Source: Nannocystis bainbridge
Lineage (GTDB): Bacteria; Myxococcota_A; Polyangia; Nannocystales; Nannocystaceae
NCBI RefSeq assembly: GCF_028368995.1
Contig: NZ_JAQNDL010000001.1
Coordinates: 1,600,001-1,664,000, forward strand
Direction: 5' to 3'
DNA: 64,000 bases
A program made the translations under genes and the position numbers. Shown piece after piece: positions 31,401-40,708 of this stretch. Under the pieces are notes generated by a model, which was not told where the DNA came from, searched no databases, and saw only the letters and a program-made list of their open reading frames with translations. Position 1 is the stretch's first letter, and every line of letters starts with the position of its first letter.

Positions 31401-31805
31401 CTGGCCGCCGAGCCCGGGCGTGTCCGTCGGCGGTGGATCGCCCAGGCGCTGCTCGAGCGCGACCCCGACAATCTCGCCGCCCGCGACGAGCTGCGCGCGC
31501 AGGCCGATTCCAGCGGTGATCGCCAGGAGCAGCACCTCCTCGCCCATGCGATGCGTCGCCTCGGTCTGCCGCGCGCCGACTGGGAGGCGGTCGCCCGCAA
31601 GGTCGCCGGCCACGGCGACGACCCGATCTCGCGCTGCGCCGTCGCCGTCCTGCTCGCCGACGTCGAGGCCCTGCGCAGCCTCGACGCCGAGCTCGCGGCG
31701 CGGACCGACGACCCCCGGCGCCCCTCGATCGACCCCGACGTGCGCGAGCTCGCCGGCCTGCTGCTGCGCGTCGAGGACCTCCGGCTGCGGCTCGCCGGCG
31801 GCTGA
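28476..31805 (+). CDS. NACHT (STAND) NTPase with N-terminal effector-associated-like domain and C-terminal helical (HEAT-like) repeats
   Basis: LLLLGDPGAGKS, WIVDGLDEV, LVTSRP, SPL, FGFVHRSLLEFFAA, WTEVL. Confidence 0.88.
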   Translation: MAAMTPAVALHEYLVRRYPDPRDLRQLVELHLGAEIGSALPVEVHAQRLAFVLLQHCEHRGQTLELFAALQHDAGGRGEELARVVADYLAAHPDPSLRRAIDRYAEHARLTARRPPLEQQVGKFLDGADHDLDRVWISLTSRPVPAPQLQPPTDAQGPMPLPVLEVAAPVLELWPAQAPWLLLLGDPGAGKSVVARRALIEQLEAGGRTPVRVELGRYAAWTTRATGPHSFLRFLGETFATTGVPLSATQLRGLALAGEVTWIVDGLDEVADAELRSHCVEQLIHLRDRGPVLVTSRPRGVTPARETLREAGFAIHELVPLDDPMLAKLGNNWFGAGLIDAAALQRALGTAAVREQMRSPLIATFVLVLARRGMPLQQRHAVLSQICALTVRTWADRRGPLSLDARARMAFLRGLAWTMLTAPGQGAENIVEHAALHRFAASFFREREPGLSRDEAVARAESLIAELNEEVHAISPLGGASFGFVHRSLLEFFAADALAESQDPDVVARFAADWHHSTWTEVLPMACGLIAESRPALAVRALRAVVAGGPSLAAARLLAASEFVVRCFAEVEPIGPDLAALADALSEAWISLAALGELDMRGLAAVLRPIGPRWPGARRLGEWFEATGGSGRLLGIPEFNVQLSHGSSTQVSLVHAVIAVTAVASRPRLLARLLARSPAVLMPFADGLASMGPWTDGELEQLIRSLDRFGWAWDAQVVAWLGDLAGTAAEPELALRMLDEGRDSLERMFTAALLISSSTMRSEAISALDGEISAIAAHQPSVILQEINAQIVATALRLEPTAAVDLCRRLMALGAPEPRATACLLAAHFGDEEAAAALVTMLRSQDRRTHDAANWALTHGRLRDGIDRVLASLGDDIGCVTLAWAAMTLPPVAEQHGRWAAARALWCHLADAGEWSGQLRWMAVAALISRPTWRDAGIERLLRLQPDTPPNSPNIDTALRRLGEYPDGPEHLRRLLAAEPGRVRRRWIAQALLERDPDNLAARDELRAQADSSGDRQEQHLLAHAMRRLGLPRADWEAVARKVAGHGDDPISRCAVAVLLADVEALRSLDAELAARTDDPRRPSIDPDVRELAGLLLRVEDLRLRLAGG

Positions 31806-31827
31806 CCGCCGGTCTATCCTCGCCGCG

Positions 31828-32541
31828 ATGTCGCCCTTCTCCGCCGAGTTCCTCGGGACCGCGCTCCTCATCGTGCTCGGCGACGGCGTGGTCGCCAACG
31901 TCGCCCTGGCGCGCACGCACGGGCACGGCGGCGGCCTCATGGCCATCACCGCCGGCTGGGCCGCCGCGGTGTTCGTCGCCGTCTACGCGGTCGCCTCGAC
32001 CAGCGGCGCGCACCTCAACCCGGCGGTCACCCTGGCGCTGGCGCTGCGCGGCAAGTTCCTGTGGCAGGATGTCCCTTCGTACATGTGCGCCCAATTGCTC
32101 GGCGCCTTCGTCGGCGCCACGATCGTGTGGCTCGCCTATCGGCGCCAGTTCGACGCCACCGCCGACCCCGCGACCGTGCGCGGGGTGTTCTGCACCGCGC
32201 CGGCGATCCGCGACCTCGGCAGCAACTTCCTCACCGAGGCGATCGCCACCTGCGTGTTCGTGCTCGGGGTGCTGCAGATCGCCGCGCCGACGCACGGGCT
32301 CGGGGCCCTCGACGCCCTGCCGGTCGCGCTGCTGGTGCTGGCGATCGGCCTGTCGCTCGGCGGCCCGACCGGCTACGCCATCAACCCGGCGCGCGACCTC
32401 GGGCCGCGGCTGGCCCACGCGATCCTGCCGCTGCGCGGCAAGGGCGACAGCGACTGGGGCTACGCGTGGGTGCCGATCGCCGGCCCGCTGGTGGGCGCGA
32501 CCGCGGCGGCGCTGCTGCACGGGGCCCTGTTCGGGGGGTGA
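31828..32541 (+). CDS. glpF: MIP-family aquaglyceroporin (glycerol facilitator)
   Basis: AEFLGT, SGAHLNPAVT, GGPTGYAINPARDLGPR. Confidence 0.9.
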   Translation: MSPFSAEFLGTALLIVLGDGVVANVALARTHGHGGGLMAITAGWAAAVFVAVYAVASTSGAHLNPAVTLALALRGKFLWQDVPSYMCAQLLGAFVGATIVWLAYRRQFDATADPATVRGVFCTAPAIRDLGSNFLTEAIATCVFVLGVLQIAAPTHGLGALDALPVALLVLAIGLSLGGPTGYAINPARDLGPRLAHAILPLRGKGDSDWGYAWVPIAGPLVGATAAALLHGALFGG

Positions 32542-33030
32542 CACCTCGCGCCCGCGTCGCCGCGGGCTCCGGCGACGCGGACGCGTGGCATCACAGCGCG
32601 GAGAGGACTCGGAGCGTCACGAAGGCCGCGACGCGGATGCATCGCCGATCTGCCAGTGGAGCTCGCTCCGAGAGGCATCGATGCGAAGTTCACGGCGGTC
32701 CCGCGCGCGAATGCGAGGACCTGGACAGTCGCGCCGCTGATCGGTCGGACCTGACGGTCCGTGGCCGGGCCAGCGGGCGCGAGCTCGGGGGCGATAAGGG
32801 GAGTGTGAATAGAGGGAGTGTCGGCCCCGGCGTCGAAGATAGCGGCGACGACGAGGTCTTCCCATAACGCGGACCGCGGCAGCGCGGGCGGATACAGATA
32901 CTGCGCATGACGGACCCTCGGTATCGCCAAGGATGAACAGCCTCGGACGGACTGCCACCGCCCTCGCCTACCTGTGTGATACCCGCCGCGCCTCGGCGGC
33001 ACGGACCTGCACGCCGCCACAGCCCTGGCC

Positions 33031-34968
33031 TCAGGGGCCCTGTTCGAGCACGAATTCGGCCGGCAGCGTCGGCCCCCCCACGACCCGGATAAACCCCGTT
33101 TCGTCGCCCTCGACCGGCTCGCGCTCGATCTGGCAATCGATGTTCGCGACCTCGCTGCGGCAGCGCAGCTCCTGCAACCAGTGAAATCGCAGCACCAGCT
33201 CCTGCGTGCCGGGCGCCGGCTTCGCCGCCGACACGGCGATCCGTCCGAGCCCCGCCTCGACGCGGGCGCTGCCGCGGACCAGGTACCCGGCCGGCTTGCG
33301 CACGCGGTAGGCGCGATAGCGGCCGCCGACGATCCCGCGCGGCTCGAGCAGGTCGAGGCGGCGCTCGATCGCCGGGATGTGCGGCACCGACATCAGCACG
33401 TACGCGACGTTGAAGGTCTGCAGATAGCGCTCGAGGCCCTCGTTGTAGCGCTCGTCGCTGTCGAGCCAGTGGAACAGGTTGGCCTGCTCGTGGATGGTCC
33501 GGCGATCGGGGAAGCCGCCGAGGATCGGCCGGTCGGTGGCCCAGCGCAGGTACTCGCCGAGGGCCCAGTAGTGCACGAGGAACCGGCCCTCGTCGGGCTG
33601 CGCGGCGACCCACGCGGCGACCTCCTGGAAATCGTCGCTGATCGGCTTCAGGCGCATGCTCGGGAAGAACTGCTCCTCCTGCACCACGCTCTTGAGGAAG
33701 CCCATCGGCGACACGTCGACGCCGGGCAAGAAGGTCGCCAGCTGGGCGTAGACCCGCGGCGCCAGCAGCACGAGCAGGCCGATCGCCAGCCCGCGCAGGC
33801 CCGCGGGGATCTGCGACCATGTCCTTCGGGTCAGGTTGTCGGCGAGCCACGGCCCGGCCAGCACCGCGGCCCAGCAGGCCATCGGCGCCGCGAACCGGTA
33901 CGGCTCGGTGGCCGGCACCAGCGGCAGCAGGGCGCCTATGTAGCTGAGCCCGAACAGCCACGCCAGCGTGCCGCCGGCGAAGCCGAGCGCCGGTTCGCGC
34001 GTGCGTCGCCAGGCCAGCAAGGTCCCGATCGCGGCCAGCACCGCGATGGTGCGCACGAACGTGCGCTGGCGGACGAACCCGGTCGTCAGCGGATCGACGA
34101 ACACCTCGAGCAGGTCGTAGAAGAAGAACGCGGGCGTGGCCTGGCCGAGCTTGTGCGACGGCGCCATCAGCTCCATGTGCGTCAGGGCGGGCCACAGCCA
34201 GTAAGCATTGACGGCGATCGTCAGCGCCGCCAGGCCCCACACGCGCGCGTGGCCGGCGAGCGCGAGCCCGCGGGCGCGCGCGACGTAGAGGCCGATCATC
34301 GGCCCCGCGAGCGCGGCGAAGCTCCACACGTGGGTCAGCAGCGTCAGCGGCAGCAGCACCAGCAGCGCCGCCCAGCCGCCGCGTGCCGGTGCGGCGCCGA
34401 GCTGGCGCCAGAACAGCGCCAGCACCAGCACGCACAGGTGCGAGACGGTCGCGAACGAGATCATGCCGCCGCCCCAGAAGAAGCGGATCAGCGACTCGAA
34501 GTGCCACAGCAGCACGCCGAGCCCGAACGTCCACGCCTGCGACCGGGCCGACACGCCGAGCAGCCGCGCCGCCAGCGTCAGCGAGATCGGCATGGCGATC
34601 GCCGAGACCAGCGTGTAGAGGTTGAACGCCATCGTCAGCGGCAGGCCCAGCCGGTGCAGCACGGTGCAGAACAGGAAGTGGGCCTTGTTGTCGACGTCGA
34701 AGAACAGGCCCGCCGGATAGCCGGCCAGCATCATCGGGTCGTAGACCCACAGCCGACCCTCGGCCAGCGCCCGCGTCAGCGTGTGCGTGTGCTGAAAGTG
34801 GGTCTGGTAGTCGGGCCCGCTGAACGGCTGGGCGCCGAACACCACCCGCAGCGGGATGGCGTTGAGCACCAGACCGGCGTGGATCGCCGCGAACCCGAGG
34901 AACATGCCCCGGTGCCCGCGCAGCCAGGCCCAGCGCGTGCTCCCGGCCGCTGCGGTGGGGTCGGTCAT
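33031..34968 (-). CDS. Polytopic membrane protein, GT-C/YfhO-like
   Basis: Many TM segments; YDPMMLAGYP, PYRF; soluble C-terminal domain. Confidence 0.7.
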   Translation of the reverse strand: MTDPTAAAGSTRWAWLRGHRGMFLGFAAIHAGLVLNAIPLRVVFGAQPFSGPDYQTHFQHTHTLTRALAEGRLWVYDPMMLAGYPAGLFFDVDNKAHFLFCTVLHRLGLPLTMAFNLYTLVSAIAMPISLTLAARLLGVSARSQAWTFGLGVLLWHFESLIRFFWGGGMISFATVSHLCVLVLALFWRQLGAAPARGGWAALLVLLPLTLLTHVWSFAALAGPMIGLYVARARGLALAGHARVWGLAALTIAVNAYWLWPALTHMELMAPSHKLGQATPAFFFYDLLEVFVDPLTTGFVRQRTFVRTIAVLAAIGTLLAWRRTREPALGFAGGTLAWLFGLSYIGALLPLVPATEPYRFAAPMACWAAVLAGPWLADNLTRRTWSQIPAGLRGLAIGLLVLLAPRVYAQLATFLPGVDVSPMGFLKSVVQEEQFFPSMRLKPISDDFQEVAAWVAAQPDEGRFLVHYWALGEYLRWATDRPILGGFPDRRTIHEQANLFHWLDSDERYNEGLERYLQTFNVAYVLMSVPHIPAIERRLDLLEPRGIVGGRYRAYRVRKPAGYLVRGSARVEAGLGRIAVSAAKPAPGTQELVLRFHWLQELRCRSEVANIDCQIEREPVEGDETGFIRVVGGPTLPAEFVLEQGP

Positions 34969-35145
34969 CGGCGGCGCGACGATACGCCGGGCCCGCCCGC
35001 GGCGTCAAAGGTGGCGCGGCCCGGCCGCGAAGATCGGCGGCGCCGACCGCTGGATCCCGGCGCGCCCGACGAGCACGACCTCACCGCAGCCCGGGCTCGC
35101 CTCCAGCGCCCTCGCCGCGGGCCGTCGCCCGCCGACCCATTGCCA

Positions 35146-35169
35146 TCACATGTCCTTCAGGACAGCACG
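35146..35169. repeat. 14-bp-phased CATG pair
   Basis: acatgtcc-ttca-ggacagc; cores at 35149, 35163. Confidence 0.7.
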
Positions 35170-35295
35170 AAGCACGAGCGCCGCCGGTATACGCCCGGCG
35201 CGGACCTGCGCGCGTGACCGCCCCCGCCGGCCCGCCCTCCGAGGACGCGAGGAGCCGGCCTTGCCGGGCATCCGCCGGCCATCCATCCTTGCAGC

Positions 35296-36258
35296 ATGAC
35301 CTTCGCTTGTGCTCGCCTGGCCTCGTGCGCCTTGCTGCTCATCCTCTCCTGTGGCCCGGGCGTCGGTGAATCCGACACCTCGTCCACCGGGACGCCCGGG
35401 CCCTCGACCACCTCCTCGAGCGACCCCGCGAGTTCGTCCGACAGCAGCACCTCCGCTCCCACGAGCGACAGCGACGGCGCCACCTCCTCCTCCGCGAGCG
35501 ACAGCGACGCCACCGCCTCCACCTACACGAGCGACGCCACCACCACCTCCTCCACCAGCGACGCCACCGCCTCGACCAGCGAGCCCTCCACCGTCACCGG
35601 CGATCCCCCTGGCCCGGCCCTGCCAGCCGGCTGCGAGTCGACCGATCCCGAGGTCGCCGCCGGGTTCGCCATCGCGCTGCCCGGCTGGCCCCCCGACCAC
35701 ACGCTGCCACCGCTCGAGTTCGTCACCTGCGTCATCGACGAGGTCATCGTCGACGTCATCGTCGACGTCGACGTCGTGACCACGAAGTTGACTTGCGACA
35801 TCGCCGGCACCCTGCGGCCGGTCGAAGTCACCATCGACGCCGGGCCCGAGGGCCCGGTCGCCTGGGGCGCCGGGCAGTCCGTGCGTCTGCGTCACGCCGA
35901 CATCGAGGGCGACAGCATCCGCCGTTCCCTCCACATGAAGCCGATCGATGACGACGACGCCGTCCTGATCCTCGCGCTCGACATGTTGAACGGCGACGGC
36001 CTCGACGTGTTGGGGTCGCCGCTGCAGATCGACGTCGAGCTCGCCTGCGATCCGGAGATGACAGGCGAGTCCCGCCCGACCCTGCTGCGCTTCGGCCTGC
36101 CCGACGACTCGGACGCTCTGGAGCTGTTCAACGGCCACCGCGGGGTCCTCGCTATCGACGACGCCTTCGCCTACGCCATCGACCTGGCCGAGTCCCGCGG
36201 CAATGCCCTCCATCCCGACGGTCGCGTCCAATTCCTGATCCGCAGGGTCGCCGACTGA
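35296..36258 (+). CDS. Lipoprotein with Ser/Thr-rich linker
   Basis: LLLILSC lipobox; SDAT repeats; globular C-terminus. Confidence 0.8.
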   Translation: MTFACARLASCALLLILSCGPGVGESDTSSTGTPGPSTTSSSDPASSSDSSTSAPTSDSDGATSSSASDSDATASTYTSDATTTSSTSDATASTSEPSTVTGDPPGPALPAGCESTDPEVAAGFAIALPGWPPDHTLPPLEFVTCVIDEVIVDVIVDVDVVTTKLTCDIAGTLRPVEVTIDAGPEGPVAWGAGQSVRLRHADIEGDSIRRSLHMKPIDDDDAVLILALDMLNGDGLDVLGSPLQIDVELACDPEMTGESRPTLLRFGLPDDSDALELFNGHRGVLAIDDAFAYAIDLAESRGNALHPDGRVQFLIRRVAD

Positions 36259-36304
36259 CCCTCGCGTAGCGTGAACCCTCCTGGTTCTTCTAACAATGCC
36301 AATA

Positions 36305-36339
36305 GGACATGCTCCAAGAGACATGTCCTCGAGGCCAGC
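36305..36339. repeat. 14-bp-phased CATG array between convergent genes
   Basis: ggacatgctc-caag-agacatgtcc; cores at 36308, 36322, (36336). Confidence 0.85.
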
Positions 36340-36341
36340 CA

Positions 36342-36986
36342 TCACCGCGGCACCTGCCCGCCGTAGATCGTCGCCAGCCAGATCTCGAGCAGCACGTCCA
36401 CCACCCGCGCCTCGTCGATCATCGGCGCGTGGTCGGCGAAGCCGGCGTGCAGCACCCGCTCGTTCATCCAGTTGAGCGCGACGGCGAGGTCGCGCGCCGG
36501 GGCCCCGCAGCGCGCCGCTCCACGCGCGCGCTCGGCCTCGATCGCCGCCGCCGTCTCCTCCACCAGCCCCGTCATCACCTGCGACCACAGCGCGCGGACC
36601 TCCGGGTTCGTCACGCGCGCGTCCGCGGCTGCCACGCTGACGGCCCGGTGGGCGCGGAAGATCCGGTAGTACGTCTCGATCGCCGCTCGCCACCCCCGCG
36701 CCGGATCCCCGGCTGCGCTCGCCAGCGCCGCGTCGCGCTCGGCCCGCGCCTGCTCGACCATGCGATCGAGCAGCGACAGCAGCACCGCGTCCTTCGACGG
36801 GAAGTAAAAGTAGAACGTCGGCCGCGAGATGCCGGCCCCGCGGGCGATGTCGTCGATCGAGATCTCGGGCAGCGCGCGCTGCTCGAGCAGCTTCTCGAAG
36901 CTCGTAAGGATCGCCTGCTCGCGGTCGTCACCGCTCGGGCGGCGGGCCCGGCGGCCGCGCGACGGGCGGTCCTTGCCCTCGCTCAT
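36342..36986 (-). CDS. ethR: TetR-family repressor, EthR-like
   Basis: SGDDREQAIL...ISIDDIARGAGISRPTFYFYFPSKDAVLLSLLDR closely matches mycobacterial EthR; divergent from the ethA-like gene. Confidence 0.85.
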   Translation of the reverse strand: MSEGKDRPSRGRRARRPSGDDREQAILTSFEKLLEQRALPEISIDDIARGAGISRPTFYFYFPSKDAVLLSLLDRMVEQARAERDAALASAAGDPARGWRAAIETYYRIFRAHRAVSVAAADARVTNPEVRALWSQVMTGLVEETAAAIEAERARGAARCGAPARDLAVALNWMNERVLHAGFADHAPMIDEARVVDVLLEIWLATIYGGQVPR

Positions 36987-37060
36987 GGCCGACCTCGCCC
37001 GGTCGCCGATTTGCCGAAAAACGCGCTCACGGCGGCAATCTGGACCCATCCGGCCCGCCA

Positions 37061-37101
37061 GTCAACACCATGTTGACACACTCGACACGGTGTTGAACAC
37101 T
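37061..37101 (+). promoter_or_regulatory. EthR-type operator overlapping a sigma70-like promoter for ethA
   Basis: TCAAC-acca-TGTTGA and TCGAC-acgg-TGTTGA repeats; TTGACA (37073)-17-AACACT (37096); ATG at 37111 has no SD. Confidence 0.7.
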
Positions 37102-37110
37102 GTCGGGGTC

Positions 37111-38586
37111 ATGACGCCCGAACACCTCGACGTGCTGATCATCGGCGCTGGTCTGTCCGGCATCGGCGCCGCCTATCACTTGCAGCACGGGTGCCCCGGC
37201 AAGCGCTTCGCCTTGCTTGAGGGTCGGGCCGACCTCGGCGGCACCTGGGACCTGTTCCGTTACCCCGGCGTGCGCTCCGACTCCGACATGCACACGCTCG
37301 GCTACAGCTTCCGCCCGTGGGCCGAGGCGCGGGCAATCGCCGACGGCCCCTCGATCCTCAAGTACCTGCGCGACACCGCCGTCGCCTACGGCATCGATCG
37401 CAAGATCCGGTTTCATCATCGCGTCGTCGCGGCGCGTTACGCCACAGCCGACGCCCGCTGGACCGTCGACATCGTGCGCGGCGACACCGGCGAGGCCTCG
37501 CAGCTCACCTGCGATTTCCTGCTCGGGTGCACCGGCTACTACCGCTACGACGAGGGCTACACCCCGCAATTCGCCGGCACCGAGCGGTTCGCCGGTCGCA
37601 TCGTGCACCCGCAGCACTGGCCGGCCGACCTCGACTACGCCGGCAAGCGGATCGTCGTCATCGGCAGCGGCGCGACCGCGGTAACGCTCGTCCCGGCGAT
37701 GGCCGGGACCGCCTCGCACGTCACCATGCTGCAGCGTTCGCCGACCTGGATCTCCAGCCTGCCGACCGACGATCGCATCGCCGGCTCGCTGCGCCGCTGG
37801 TTGCCCGAGGCCGCCGCCGCCGCCGCCGTGCGCTGGAAGAACATCCTGTTTCAGCTCGGCATTTATCAGACCTCGCGCCGGCGCCCGCACCTCATCAAGC
37901 GCGTGCTGCGGAAGGCGCTCGAGCGCCAGCTGCCCGCCGGTTACGACATCGACCGTCACTTCACCCCGCGCTACGACCCGTGGGATCAGCGGCTGTGCCT
38001 CGCGCCCGACGGCGACTTTTTCAAGGCCATCCGTCGCGGTCACGCCTCGGTGGTCACCGACGAGATCGAGAGCTTCACCGAGACCGGCCTGCGCCTCAAG
38101 TCGGGCGACGAGCTCGCCGCCGACATCATCGTCACCGCGACCGGCCTCAACCTGCTGCTGTTCGGGGGCATCCGCGTGTTCGTCGATGGCGCCGAGGTCC
38201 CGGTCTCCGCGCGCAAGACCTACAAGGGGCTGATGCTCGAGGGCGTGCCCAACTTCGCGTTCGCGCTCGGCTACACCAACGCCTCGTGGACCCTCAAGGC
38301 CGACCTCACCGGCGCGTACGTGTGCCGCCTGCTCAAGCACATGGAGGCCCGCGGCCACCGCCAGTGCGTGCCCGTCAACGACGACGCCAACATGGCCGAG
38401 CGGCCGCTGCTCGACTTCGGCGCCGGCTACGTGCTGCGCTCGCTGGCGATGCTGCCCAAGCAGGGCGCGCACGCGCCGTGGCGGCTGCGCATGAACTACC
38501 CGTCCGACCTGCTGGCCCTGCGCCTCGGGCCCGTGACCGACAGGGCGATGCGGTTCTCGAGCCCCGAGCCCAGCGCTCGCGCGTGA
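37111..38586 (+). CDS. ethA: Flavin-containing Baeyer-Villiger monooxygenase, EthA-like
   Basis: IIGAGLSG, GGTWDLFRYPGVRSDSDM, FAGRIVHPQHW, IGSGATA, MLQRSP, WDQRLC, VTATG. Confidence 0.9.
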   Translation: MTPEHLDVLIIGAGLSGIGAAYHLQHGCPGKRFALLEGRADLGGTWDLFRYPGVRSDSDMHTLGYSFRPWAEARAIADGPSILKYLRDTAVAYGIDRKIRFHHRVVAARYATADARWTVDIVRGDTGEASQLTCDFLLGCTGYYRYDEGYTPQFAGTERFAGRIVHPQHWPADLDYAGKRIVVIGSGATAVTLVPAMAGTASHVTMLQRSPTWISSLPTDDRIAGSLRRWLPEAAAAAAVRWKNILFQLGIYQTSRRRPHLIKRVLRKALERQLPAGYDIDRHFTPRYDPWDQRLCLAPDGDFFKAIRRGHASVVTDEIESFTETGLRLKSGDELAADIIVTATGLNLLLFGGIRVFVDGAEVPVSARKTYKGLMLEGVPNFAFALGYTNASWTLKADLTGAYVCRLLKHMEARGHRQCVPVNDDANMAERPLLDFGAGYVLRSLAMLPKQGAHAPWRLRMNYPSDLLALRLGPVTDRAMRFSSPEPSARA

Positions 38587-38601
38587 GCGCGACCGCGAGC
38601 C

Positions 38602-39583
38602 TCAATCGCAGCCCATGCAATACCGGTAGACGACCGCCGCGCCGTCGACCAGCACCGTCAGCGCGGAGGGACCGCCCGGCGCGCTGGCGTGGGTGAACGC
38701 GTACGCCGGCAGGTCGAGCCAGTGCGTCCGCGTCAGCCCGCCCTCGGCCTCGTGCCAGGCCCACAGCCCGCCCTCGGCCAGGATCGTGGCCGACAGCAGG
38801 GTCGCGCCGTCGACCTCGTACCCGCCGACGTGGATCTGCCGGATCGGCGGCGTGAACCCGGGGTTGATGCGATCCCAGGTCTCGCCGTCGTCTCGACTCA
38901 CCAGCAGCGCGCCGTCAGCCGCGCCGATCATGCCCATGGCGGGGCCTCCGCCGCTCGAGGTGAGCGCCACCGTCCGCAGATCGGCGGTCGTGTCGACGGG
39001 GACAGGCGCCCAGGTCTCGCCCTCGTCGCCGCTGCGCACGATCGTGCCGCCGTCGCCGACCGCGACGGCGACCGGCCGCGCGAGCGCCACTGCCTGCAGA
39101 CGCTGGTCCGTGCCGCTGACGCGCGCTCGCCACGTCTCCAGATCGCCGCTCGCCACCAGCACCGTGCCGTCGTCGCCGACGGCGATGCCGATCCGGAACG
39201 GGCAGTGTGCCACCAGCCCGCGCAGCGCCGCCGCGGTCGCCGGAGAAGTCGGCGCATGCCAGGTCTCGCCGAGATCGTCCGACACGCGGATCGTCCCGCG
39301 ATCGCCGACGACGACATACGGACACATGGGATCGATCGAGCCGAGCGCGAACACCCCGTGCAGATCGGCGTCGGTCCCGGCGTCGCGCGGCTCGTAGCGG
39401 AAATGCCACCGCCAGCGCTCCGCCCGCCCCGACCGCGACCACGGACTCGGCCACGCGCAGCGGCTGCTCGTGGTCGAGCCGGAACCACCGATCGCAGTCG
39501 TCCTCGCGCGGGCACACGTGGCAGCTCGCCAGCGCCACGGCGACGCCCGCGACGGCGACCCGCCCGCTCGCCCCGGAGCGCAT
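38602..39583 (-). pseudogene. Frameshifted BNR/Ycf48-like beta-propeller lipoprotein
   Basis: Signal and lipobox (VAVALASC) plus VVAVGAGG lie in one frame; repeats VGDRGTI, VGDDGTV, VGDGGTI, SxDxGETW lie in the +1 frame; switch near 39400. Confidence 0.65.
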
Positions 39584-39787
39584 CGATGCGCCGCGTCTCG
39601 CTCGCGCTGCTGGCACTCGACCTCCGGGGACGGAGTCGCCGGGGCCGCAATAAAAATTGCGGCAGCGCGACGAATGCTCGCGCGTCCGTGGGCGCCGCCA
39701 CGGCCGCCCACGACCTCGTTCACGCGTCACCGAGTGCGCTCGGCGCGTCCGGGGAGCCTCAGCGCACCCGGTCGTCCGCGACTGCGG

Positions 39788-40213
39788 TTATGTGATACAC
39801 CGATCGCCCGCCTTCTTCCTGGGCGGACTGCGGTCGCGGTGGAACACGAACACCTTGCCGAACACGCCAATGGCGAGGGTCGAATGCCCGGTCGTGGCCG
39901 AGACGACCAGGTAGTCGCCGTGGATGAGCACGGGGGCGTTCAGCAGGTCCGCCGCGCGCAGCGCCGTCGCGTGCTGCGCCCGGTCCGGCTTCGTCAGGAG
40001 GGCCAGCAGGAGCAACGTCACCACGGCCACCCTGTCGATCCAGCGCGAGCGGCCGACGAACCGGCCCCGGAGCGCGACCAGGAAGAGCAGCACGAAGCCG
40101 GCGAGGACGGGGAGCACCACCGCCTGCCGCAGCAGAGGGCTGAGGGCGTCTCCAGCCACCACCGTGTTGATAAGGGTCGGTGCGGACACGAGGTCCAGCA
40201 GGTCTGGTTGCAT
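39788..40213 (-). CDS. Small membrane protein
   Basis: Two TM segments; LLTKP...H...DYLVVS...IGVFGKVF. Confidence 0.55.
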   Translation of the reverse strand: MQPDLLDLVSAPTLINTVVAGDALSPLLRQAVVLPVLAGFVLLFLVALRGRFVGRSRWIDRVAVVTLLLLALLTKPDRAQHATALRAADLLNAPVLIHGDYLVVSATTGHSTLAIGVFGKVFVFHRDRSPPRKKAGDRCIT

Positions 40214-40708
40214 CGAGAATGTCTTCCGCGATCGCGCTTGCGATCTGCGGAATGGCGGCCCGACCACTCCAGAACCTGTGACGGAACTCCCGTCACACCC
40301 TACGCGGATACGCACCGCGCACTACGTAGATAACCCACCATGGCTCAGCATGCAAGGGGCCCGCGGGCCAAAGACGGCACGGCGCGTCTGGCGCCCGAGC
40401 ATTGGCCGCCTGTCTTCAGATTACAAGGAGTTCATCTGTGACGCCCTGTCGCTCCCCGGCGCGCGGCCGGGGCGCCCGCGGCGGGGTCTTCTCCCTCGGG
40501 CTCACGACCACCGCCCGGCGCGTCCCTGGAATCGTGCCCTCCCTGCCAATGGAACACCCCACGCAATCGGTCCGAGCAATGTTTGGCCACACTGCGATGG
40601 GCGAGTTCACGCATCTCCCCCACCGCCGAACGGCCCTCGTGATTCTCGTCGCCGGCCGCGCCCCCGCCCGGCTCCCGGGCTTATCGTCCGGGGCGACTGT
40701 CCCTCGCC

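Noticed and set aside
32542-33030. Possible small gene or ncRNA between glpF and the membrane protein
   Set aside because: No frame has convincing codon bias or motifs, and no recognisable RNA structure was found.
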